Of a DNA stretch of 34,384 nt, positions 8,659-16,539 are shown one piece after another. Below the pieces are notes generated by a model. It was given only the letters and a program-made list of their open reading frames with translations. It was not told the origin of the DNA and searched no databases. The DNA comes from an uncultured archaeon (GTDB lineage Archaea > Asgardarchaeota > Thorarchaeia > Thorarchaeales > Thorarchaeaceae): positions 1 to 34,384 of the forward strand of contig CAZSWP010000038.1 in NCBI GenBank assembly GCA_964610875.1, read 5' to 3'. A program made the translations under genes and the position numbers. Numbering within the stretch: position 1 is the stretch's first letter; every line of letters begins with the position of its first letter.

Positions 8659-10086
8659 ATGATTGATGAAATGAAGGAATACGTTCATTTTGGAGAAAAG
8701 CTTGGAGCTGATTTTGTCGAGGTCAGATATGAAGACTTAACTCTGAGAACTCTAGAACGTACGGATGATATATGGAAAGAAATGAGAGTTATGACCAGAA
8801 AAGGTTACGCCATAACTTGTTATGTTGAAGGTGTTTCAGGTTTTTCATTCTCAGCTAGTACAGAACCTTCTGCAATTAAGGATGCTACTACGAGTGCTTA
8901 CAAAATGGCAAAAGCTTCTGCAGCTGCTGCTTTATTAAAACTACCTTTTGAAGGTCGAGATCCTATAAAGAGCAAAACTTCTGATACTAGAAGCTACAAA
9001 CTTCATTCAAAAGAAGTTGAGCTTGAAGAAAAAGCTGAACTTGTTAATAGAATAGTAGAAACAGCTAAAGCACATGGAGAGAATATCAGGAATATAATTG
9101 GTCGATTCGGAGAACTGTATGGACAAAAATTATTCACTAGTAGTGATAATGATGAAATAGAATGGGAGTTCAATGTTGTTGATCTTGGAACTACCGTAAC
9201 ATCACAAACCACTGCAGGAGATTTAGTGACGGGTTCAGGTTCACATGGTGGTTCTTTTGGGTTGGAGGTGTACAAGATAGATGAGTATACTCCCGAACAT
9301 CTTGGTAAAAAAGCGGCTGATTTCGCTAAAGAACAGTTGAAAGCAAAATCCTGTCCCCCTGGAAAACATCGTGCATTAATTGACGAGAAGCTTGTTGGTG
9401 TTCTTGCCCATGAATCCTTTGGACACCTGAGTGAGTCTGACTTTGTGATCATGGGTGCTTCTCCATTATCAGGTAAGATTGGAGTAAAGATGGGGACTGA
9501 AAAAGTGACTATAGTTGACAAAGGCAGAGTTGATGTTGACAAATTCGGTGGCATTTGGATTCCCTATGACGACCAAGGTACTCCATCGAAAGGTACAGTA
9601 ATAATGAAGGAAGGAGTTGTGAAACACTACCTCCATAACAGAGGTACAGCCAAAAAACTCGAACAATCGCCAACCGGCAATGCACGAGCTGTAAATTTTT
9701 CATTCCCGGCAATTCCCAGAATGACAAACACATACGTTGAACCTGGTGATCTGAAAAGTGAGGAGGAAGCAATAGAACAGCTTGGCACAGGTGTATATGC
9801 TAGGGAAACAACCGGCGGACAAGTCGAGCTTGATGGTGGATTCCTTTTCATTTCAAGAGGAGGTTACTGGGTTGAGAATTGTGAAATCAAGTATCCAATA
9901 AAATCGGTTGCTCTATCTGGAAATATCTTAGAGCTTCTTGGAAAAGTAGAAGCAGCGACAAACGAATTGAAGATAATAGGAGGATATTTTGGAGGCTGTG
10001 GAAAGGGTGAACAATATCCACTTCCCAATGGAATTGGAGGTCCAAAATTGGTCATTGAAGAAGTCACTTTCGGAGGACAGGAATAG
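8659..10086 (+). CDS. tldD: TldD-family metalloprotease (catalytic subunit)
   Basis: HESFGH (HExxGH) motif, YDDQG, TGNARA, PIPRMTNT-like segment and the C-terminal CGK Cys ligand; start placed at ATG 8659 after GAGGTG. Confidence 0.93.
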   Translation: MIDEMKEYVHFGEKLGADFVEVRYEDLTLRTLERTDDIWKEMRVMTRKGYAITCYVEGVSGFSFSASTEPSAIKDATTSAYKMAKASAAAALLKLPFEGRDPIKSKTSDTRSYKLHSKEVELEEKAELVNRIVETAKAHGENIRNIIGRFGELYGQKLFTSSDNDEIEWEFNVVDLGTTVTSQTTAGDLVTGSGSHGGSFGLEVYKIDEYTPEHLGKKAADFAKEQLKAKSCPPGKHRALIDEKLVGVLAHESFGHLSESDFVIMGASPLSGKIGVKMGTEKVTIVDKGRVDVDKFGGIWIPYDDQGTPSKGTVIMKEGVVKHYLHNRGTAKKLEQSPTGNARAVNFSFPAIPRMTNTYVEPGDLKSEEEAIEQLGTGVYARETTGGQVELDGGFLFISRGGYWVENCEIKYPIKSVALSGNILELLGKVEAATNELKIIGGYFGGCGKGEQYPLPNGIGGPKLVIEEVTFGGQE

Positions 10087-10094
10087 GAGGCATA

Positions 10095-11486
10095 ATGATG
10101 GAATTTGATATTCTAAAATCTGAACTGCAGTCCGTTGTTGATACGGGACTGAAATATGGGAAATCCCTTGATGACTCATGCGAGTACGAAGTATTCATGT
10201 ACTATCGACAATTTGCTGAAGCTAATATCAGACAGGGAATTGTTACTGCTTCAGACGGTGCTATCGCTGGAAATGCTGTTCGTGTGGCAAAAGGAAAGAG
10301 AGTTGGTTTCGCTGCGTCAAGTGGTGTGTCAGAAGAGAGTGTGAAGAAATCAGTTTCTGAAGCACATTCAATTGCACAACTTCTCAAGCAAGATGACGAA
10401 AGATTTCCTGGTTTTGCAGAACCTGCTACTCCTGGCAAGGATGGAATAATAAACAAAGATATACTGGCATTGGGTATCGATGATCTAATTGAAGCATCAG
10501 GAAGTTTAGTCAAAAATGCTCAAACTGTCGGTAAAGATGTCAAAATGCTAGTGCAGGCCGGTACAGAAATTGAATGGGGCTCTTATGCTGTTGGAAATAC
10601 ACATGGTGTGCAAGAAGCAACACTCTTTGCAGACAATAATTGTGTTGCATATGTCCAAGCTATTGAGGGTGAGGAACGACACTCCGCTTACGGATTTGAC
10701 GTAACCAGAGAACGCCCTATTAATATTGAAGGAGTTGGTGAGAAAGCAGCAAAGGATGCAATTGCCCTTCTTGGCTCAAAGAAATTTGAGCATACAGGAA
10801 AATTGACCACCATTTGGAATCCAATTCCTATGACAAGTTTTCTTGGAGCGTCACTCGCACAAGCTGTACAAGGAAAACCTGTTGTAGAGAAGAGGTCTCC
10901 TCTTGTTGATATGATGGGTGATGAGGTAGGTCCGGAGGAATTGAGTATCTACTCAAATGGTCAGAAACCAACTGGTTTTGGAACCTTTGCAATAGATGCT
11001 GAGGGAGTGCCACAGAAAAAGAACTCGATAATAGAAAGGGGTGTTTTGAAAGGATTTATTTTTGACTCATATTGGGGTAATGCCTTCGGTGTTGAATCAA
11101 CTGGAAATGCCGCCAGACAGGGTGGTCGACTACCCTATGAAGGAACCGTAAGTACATCAGTAAAATGGCTTGATGTATCACCCGGTAAAAGGAGCTATGA
11201 AGAGATAATCGCTTCAATTGATGGTCCTGCAATTGAATTGGTGGATATTCCAATAGGAATTGGTCATTCAAACATTTCAACTGGTGAATTCTCATGTGTT
11301 GCGAATTCTGCATATCTTGTAGAAAATGGAGAGCGAAAACACTCGATTAAACAAGTGTCATTTGCTGGTCATTTCTATAAAGGTCTGAAAAACGTCGTTG
11401 AAATTGGATCAAATGTCGAATCTTTGCCATTCGGCATGGATGTACCCACCATGGTATTTGATGGTTTTACAATTACTGTTGGGTAA
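10095..11486 (+). CDS. pmbA: PmbA/TldE-family protein (non-catalytic partner)
   Basis: IDAEG, STGNAAR and STGEFS motifs; lacks HExxH; starts 8 bp after tldD with a GGAGG SD. Confidence 0.9.
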   Translation: MMEFDILKSELQSVVDTGLKYGKSLDDSCEYEVFMYYRQFAEANIRQGIVTASDGAIAGNAVRVAKGKRVGFAASSGVSEESVKKSVSEAHSIAQLLKQDDERFPGFAEPATPGKDGIINKDILALGIDDLIEASGSLVKNAQTVGKDVKMLVQAGTEIEWGSYAVGNTHGVQEATLFADNNCVAYVQAIEGEERHSAYGFDVTRERPINIEGVGEKAAKDAIALLGSKKFEHTGKLTTIWNPIPMTSFLGASLAQAVQGKPVVEKRSPLVDMMGDEVGPEELSIYSNGQKPTGFGTFAIDAEGVPQKKNSIIERGVLKGFIFDSYWGNAFGVESTGNAARQGGRLPYEGTVSTSVKWLDVSPGKRSYEEIIASIDGPAIELVDIPIGIGHSNISTGEFSCVANSAYLVENGERKHSIKQVSFAGHFYKGLKNVVEIGSNVESLPFGMDVPTMVFDGFTITVG

Positions 11487-11492
11487 TTAGCT

Positions 11493-11521
11493 GGGAGTCA
11501 ACTAGGACTCCCTTTTTTTTT
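11493..11521 (+). terminator. Hairpin plus T-run terminator after tldD-pmbA
   Basis: GGGAGTC-aactag-GACTCCC followed by 9 T. Confidence 0.8.
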
Positions 11522-11579
11522 ATCGAATCCCTTTTCAGGTAGTGTAGCTCTAATTTTGAACTACTAAACCTTTCATTAA

Positions 11580-12161
11580 ATGGGAAATGGAGATTTGAAA
11601 GTGACATCTGAGATTGATACATTAAAAATCCTCGTTGCAGGAGATATAGAAATAGCATTTAGTCTATGCACAAAACTTGTTAACATGGGTCTTAAAGCTG
11701 TACGATCTCAGGCATCTTCACAACTAGAAAGGGAGTTTCCCAAAGATGAATGGGAGAAGTATTTTACTCTATCAATTGGTGGCGCAATCCACACTCTGAA
11801 ATTGGATTTGGAACTGCATGGTCCTTGGATATGGGAGTTATACTCGGTCATGGAGCCTCGTGATTATTTCAGGAGGTTTGATGCAGCCGTTCTCGCTGTT
11901 GACCCTCATCATATGGAGTCTTTCAATAGAATCCCCAGTTTTATTCAATCGCTGGAAACACATATCGGTACGAGGATTCCTCTCCTCTTGATATGCGATA
12001 TTTCAGAAGAGATCAATGAAGACGAACGTATCATCTTTGAACAAATGGCCATATTATTAGAGAGCAAGTATGAATACGTTGATATTGAAACGGGTGAAAA
12101 TTTGGAGAGTGCTTTCAGGAAAATTGCTCTGGATGCATTCAGACCAACTATCCCTCAATGA
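11580..12161 (+). CDS. Degenerate Ras/Rab-fold protein (pseudo-GTPase)
   Basis: Keeps the scaffold (KILVAGD; YFRRFDAAVLAVD...ESF; IPLLLIC; TGENLESAF), but G1 GK[ST], G3 DxxG, G4 NKxD and G5 SAK are all lost. Start may be GTG 11601. Confidence 0.7.
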   Translation: MGNGDLKVTSEIDTLKILVAGDIEIAFSLCTKLVNMGLKAVRSQASSQLEREFPKDEWEKYFTLSIGGAIHTLKLDLELHGPWIWELYSVMEPRDYFRRFDAAVLAVDPHHMESFNRIPSFIQSLETHIGTRIPLLLICDISEEINEDERIIFEQMAILLESKYEYVDIETGENLESAFRKIALDAFRPTIPQ

Positions 12162-12173
12162 GAAGAAATAGAC

Positions 12174-12194
12174 GGAGGATGTTTATCACCCTCC
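12174..12194. terminator. Possible hairpin between convergent genes
   Basis: GGAGG...CCTCC inverted repeat in the 47-bp gap between stops at 12161 and 12209. Confidence 0.35.
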
Positions 12195-12208
12195 CTAAAT
12201 ATAGAATG

Positions 12209-13714
12209 TTATTCATAGATAGCTGAATATTTCTCATCGATGTATTTCAGGAAAGGCTTTGCAGTGAGGTTCTTCCCTGTTACTAGTTTAGCAAGATCAA
12301 CTGGGAAATGTCGATTGGCTTGATGATGAATATTCTTCTTCATCCATTCAATTGATGTAGTGACCTCTCCTTCAGCTAGCTTATCCTGCCAGTCAGGTAT
12401 TTCTTCGGTTATTTTATCATACCACATTCCATCGTAGATGTTACCCAAGGCATATGTTGGGAAGTAACCGTAGTAACCAAAACTCCAGTGAACATCCTGC
12501 AACACTCCTTCAGCATCATTCTCAATGTCTATGCCCAAATACTCTGAATATTTCTGATTCCAGATGTTAGGAAGATCTGAAACCTCGATTTTTCCACCTA
12601 GTAAGTCTCTTTCTATTTCGAATCTGATAATGATATGGAGGCAGTAAGTGACTTCATCAGCTTCAATCCTGATTTTAGAAGGTTGGACAGTATTAACTGC
12701 TTTGACAAAATCAATGGTTGAGATTTTTGAAAACGCACCGTTTGTGATATCGTTGAGTTTTGGTAAGTAGTATTCGAGGAACTGAGGTGATCGTCCGATC
12801 ATATTTTCTACCCATCTTGACTGTGATTCATGAATACCCATACTCGCTGCAGTGCCGAGGGCTCTAAATTTCCAATCAGGATTCAGATTCTGTTCATACA
12901 GTGCATGACCTGCTTCATGGAGTATAGCATACATAGCTGATGCAAAATTGTCTTCGTGATATTTTACAGTGATTCGCACATCATCATAATATCCATTGGT
13001 AAAAGGGTGCTCAACTTCATCTATACGCCCACCAGCTTGATCAGATGTGGTATCATATCCAACAGCGTTAGCAAGTTCGACTGCTATCTTTTGTTGGATT
13101 TCCTTTGGTATCGTTTTCTTCATGAAGGATTTATCCACAGAAGCAGTAATCTCTGAATATTTTTGTACTAGAGGTATGAGTCCTCTCTTTAGTTGATCAA
13201 AGACTCGAGAGATTTCATCTGCAGTCGTCTGAGGTTCGTAATCATCAATCATGGTGTCATAGATATTATCAGTGCCTTTGATGTCCTGAAGAATTTCAGC
13301 ACGTTGAATTTGAAGTTCAATAGTTTTCTTCAATTCTGGTTCAAACATTTTCCAATCGCTTGCTGCTTTGGCTCTCCTCCAAGTGACAGATGAGGCAGTC
13401 TGTTGTTCCGCAATATCTGCAACTAGTTTCTCAGGTAATTTGATTGCTTCATCGTAATTCTTTTTCACGAGATAGAAATCTCTCTGATCCACTTCGGAGA
13501 GTGTATCTTTATCTACCTTTTCTATCAGTTTTCTCAGAGCTGGGTCTATTGTCATACGATGAACTATTTTTGAGAGCATTCCAATTTGAGCTCCCCTCTG
13601 TCGTGCTCCTTTCGGGGGCATATAGGTTTCTAAATCCCAATTTAAAACACCAAGAGAAGTACCAACAAGAACTATGTCTTTTCCCTTTGCTAACAATTCT
13701 TCAAAAGCAGTCAT
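12209..13714 (-). CDS. Carboxypeptidase M32 (Taq-like)
   Basis: HEAGH zinc motif, HPF, HESQS, IRIEADE, QDVHW and GYFPTYALG motifs. Confidence 0.97.
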   Translation of the reverse strand: MTAFEELLAKGKDIVLVGTSLGVLNWDLETYMPPKGARQRGAQIGMLSKIVHRMTIDPALRKLIEKVDKDTLSEVDQRDFYLVKKNYDEAIKLPEKLVADIAEQQTASSVTWRRAKAASDWKMFEPELKKTIELQIQRAEILQDIKGTDNIYDTMIDDYEPQTTADEISRVFDQLKRGLIPLVQKYSEITASVDKSFMKKTIPKEIQQKIAVELANAVGYDTTSDQAGGRIDEVEHPFTNGYYDDVRITVKYHEDNFASAMYAILHEAGHALYEQNLNPDWKFRALGTAASMGIHESQSRWVENMIGRSPQFLEYYLPKLNDITNGAFSKISTIDFVKAVNTVQPSKIRIEADEVTYCLHIIIRFEIERDLLGGKIEVSDLPNIWNQKYSEYLGIDIENDAEGVLQDVHWSFGYYGYFPTYALGNIYDGMWYDKITEEIPDWQDKLAEGEVTTSIEWMKKNIHHQANRHFPVDLAKLVTGKNLTAKPFLKYIDEKYSAIYE

Positions 13715-13858
13715 TATATTGCACCAACTTCGCTAAACTCACCGGGTACTTCTCGTATTTATTTACATTACTAATCATGCCAGAATCCAATAAACCATCT
13801 CACTTATAACACAAGAACAAACTTGAACAAATCACGAGATTCCAAAGTGAGGCATTGA

Positions 13859-14536
13859 GTGTCATTGTCCGAATCAGAGGATGATAACCCAGATGAAATT
13901 CAGGAGCCTATTCCTGAAGAAATCGGTTTTATTGAAGGAATTATGAGAGCACTAGAACTTACTCGAGGTATAGAGATTGCAAGACGATATCTCGCGATGA
14001 ACGCCTTCGATGGTGCACTAACAATGCTTGGACTTATTCTGGGTGGCCTTATTCTGTTGGTTTCAGAAGCACCCAATACGGTATATAGAACTGTATTATT
14101 AGCAGCTGTTGGTTCTAGCGTAGCTATGGCCATCTCTGGATTTAGTGGGTCTTATCTCGCTGAATCTGCTGAACGTGATAGAGAGGTCGAGGAAATTGGA
14201 CGTGCAATGCTGAGTGATATGACTAACACAATATATGCACATGCAACAAGAGTGACTTCTGTTGTCGTTGCACTTGTTGATGGTCTATCTCCAGCAATTG
14301 CAGCGATTATCACAATCACTCCATTAATACTAGTTTTGACCGGCATTTTTGAAGTGTATTTTGCTTTCTATCTTTCTATAATAGTATGTATGTTTGTACT
14401 CTTCCTTCTAGGATTGTTTCTAGGTAGGGTTTCTGGGAAGAGTATGTGGAAATATGGTGCTAAAACTCTCTTAGCTGGAATACTAACAGCGATACTCATG
14501 TTCATAATATCTCTAATTACTGGTGCAACTGGGTGA
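13859..14536 (+). CDS. VIT1/CCC1-family membrane protein (Fe/Mn transporter-like)
   Basis: ARRY..NAFDG..T; AMAISG..GSYLAESAE; five TM segments. Confidence 0.85.
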   Translation: MSLSESEDDNPDEIQEPIPEEIGFIEGIMRALELTRGIEIARRYLAMNAFDGALTMLGLILGGLILLVSEAPNTVYRTVLLAAVGSSVAMAISGFSGSYLAESAERDREVEEIGRAMLSDMTNTIYAHATRVTSVVVALVDGLSPAIAAIITITPLILVLTGIFEVYFAFYLSIIVCMFVLFLLGLFLGRVSGKSMWKYGAKTLLAGILTAILMFIISLITGATG

Positions 14537-14540
14537 TTTG

Positions 14541-15533
14541 ATGTTAGAAAACATCCCTAGGGAACGATTTGCTTTCCTTCCTACGCCATTGCATCGAATG
14601 AAGAATCTCGGTGAATCAATAGGAATTGAAAACTTATGGGTCAAGAGAGATGATTTTACTGGTCCTGCTATTGGTGGAAACAAGATTAGAAAACTGGAAT
14701 TCGTTCTTGGCGATGCAATAGAAAAGGGATGTGACACCGTAATTACAGCTGGAGCAATACAGAGTAACCATTGTCGTCAAACAGCTTCTGCAGCAGCTAA
14801 ATTAGGTTTAAGATGTATATTGCTTCTCTCAGGAGAAGAACCTGAAGTCGACACGGGCAATCTTCTCCTAGACAAGCTTTATGGTGCAGAGATAAAGTAC
14901 TTTCCAGACATCAAAGATATTTTCCAACTAAACCAAAGTATCAATGATGTAATGGAAACTTTGATAGAATTTGGACTTACGCCATACGCAATTCCTGTTG
15001 GAGCGGCAGTTCCTCTAGGTTGTGTAGCATTTGCTAGTGCTACTCTTGAATTGAAAGAACAGTGTGATATCCAGAAATTTAATCCAAATATTATCATATC
15101 AGCTGTTGGCACAGGCAGTTCATTAGCGGGTCTTGCTCTTGGTGTCAGAGCACTAGAGATGGATACAGAACTAATAGGTGTCAGTGTGATTTCAAAAAAG
15201 AACGAGTTGAGAAATCGAGTCAATGAATACATAAAACAGACCGAGCAAGCATATTCCCAATTGAGCAAGGGGAAACTACCACGGATAGATATCATTGATG
15301 AATTCTTGCCAGAAACTTATGGGGTACTTGACTCGAGTGGTAGAAGTGCCATTGAAACATTTGCGAAGATGGAAGGGATTCTTCTGGATCCAGTGTATAC
15401 TTGCAGAGCAGGTCTTGCATTGATGAGAATGGGTATGATGGGTGGAGTGCAACCGGATTCATCTGTTGTATTTTGGCATACAGGTGGATTACCAACTCTA
15501 TTCAATGAAGATAACACCTTTTTCACTGATTAG
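14541..15533 (+). CDS. D-cysteine desulfhydrase / ACC deaminase family PLP enzyme
   Basis: PTPLH, VKRDD, GGNKIRKLEF (PLP lysine), QSNHCR, LDPVYT and WHTGG motifs; ATG 14541 follows GGTGA. Confidence 0.93.
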   Translation: MLENIPRERFAFLPTPLHRMKNLGESIGIENLWVKRDDFTGPAIGGNKIRKLEFVLGDAIEKGCDTVITAGAIQSNHCRQTASAAAKLGLRCILLLSGEEPEVDTGNLLLDKLYGAEIKYFPDIKDIFQLNQSINDVMETLIEFGLTPYAIPVGAAVPLGCVAFASATLELKEQCDIQKFNPNIIISAVGTGSSLAGLALGVRALEMDTELIGVSVISKKNELRNRVNEYIKQTEQAYSQLSKGKLPRIDIIDEFLPETYGVLDSSGRSAIETFAKMEGILLDPVYTCRAGLALMRMGMMGGVQPDSSVVFWHTGGLPTLFNEDNTFFTD

Positions 15534-15619
15534 CGGATATGACAAAGATGAAAAGAATTATGCGTGGTCTTTTTAATAGTATGACAATTACAAGATTATG
15601 TTTACGGGGGTAGGCAGAG

Positions 15620-16531
15620 TTGCAGAAAGAGGCCGAAATTTTTGCATCGAAATTCAAGGAACAAGTCGAAGCGGCTACAAAAGAAAAAGTTACCATTGTG
15701 ATCAAGGAACAGTACAAGGAAGCATTTGAGGTCTTGGAAGACTGTGAAAATGCCGGATTGATTCCAGGAATTATTGGACCTCCAGGAGTAGGAAAGACAC
15801 TTATTCTTCGTGCCTATGCTGAAAAGAGTGGAAGGGATTTTGCATGGATAACTGGAGATGAAGGTGTACGTCCCTCACATCTTATCGGGTCATTTAATCC
15901 ATCGATAGTTCTGAAAAAGGGATTCACACTAGAATCATTTGACCCTGGTCCTCTGCTGAAAGCAATGGTCTTTGGAGGAGTATTTGGCTTAAATGAAGGA
16001 AATAGACTTCCCGAGTATGTTCAAAACTCACTTCTTGAGCCTTTTGAAGAACGATCCGCAGTTGTCCAAAGATTGGGTCGAGTGAAAGCAAATGATGATT
16101 TCTTTCCAGTCCTGACAATGAATCCAGAAGAGATGGCTGGAGCCCATAGACTCAGTGAAGCATTGCGCGATAGGATAAGAGTTTGGATTAGACTAGGTTA
16201 TCCCAGAAAGGAAACAGAGATAGAGATCGTGAAAGTCAACTGTCCTGAATACAAATTATCTGACGCAGTACTCGACAGTATCTATTCTCTAGTGTCTGCT
16301 ACGAGAAACAGTACAGACATAGAGATACCCGCCTCCATTAGAGCAGGAATATCAATATCTAGACTAGCTGCTCAAATGGCCAAGAGAAAAAAGGAGAAAG
16401 AAATCTCTTATGAAATCATAAGAAATGCTGCAATGTACGTGCTTTCAGGAGCTCTCAGGTTTCGACCAGGAATAGACCCAGAACCTGCTGTTCAGGGACT
16501 AATTCGTAGAGTTCTTGGTAGCAAGGAGTGA
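15620..16531 (+). CDS. MoxR-family AAA+ ATPase
   Basis: Walker A GPPGVGKT; variant Walker B FGLNE; MNP sensor 1; LSEALRDR arginine finger; lid ASIR. Confidence 0.92.
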   Translation: MQKEAEIFASKFKEQVEAATKEKVTIVIKEQYKEAFEVLEDCENAGLIPGIIGPPGVGKTLILRAYAEKSGRDFAWITGDEGVRPSHLIGSFNPSIVLKKGFTLESFDPGPLLKAMVFGGVFGLNEGNRLPEYVQNSLLEPFEERSAVVQRLGRVKANDDFFPVLTMNPEEMAGAHRLSEALRDRIRVWIRLGYPRKETEIEIVKVNCPEYKLSDAVLDSIYSLVSATRNSTDIEIPASIRAGISISRLAAQMAKRKKEKEISYEIIRNAAMYVLSGALRFRPGIDPEPAVQGLIRRVLGSKE

Positions 16532-16539
16532 CCTGTGAC

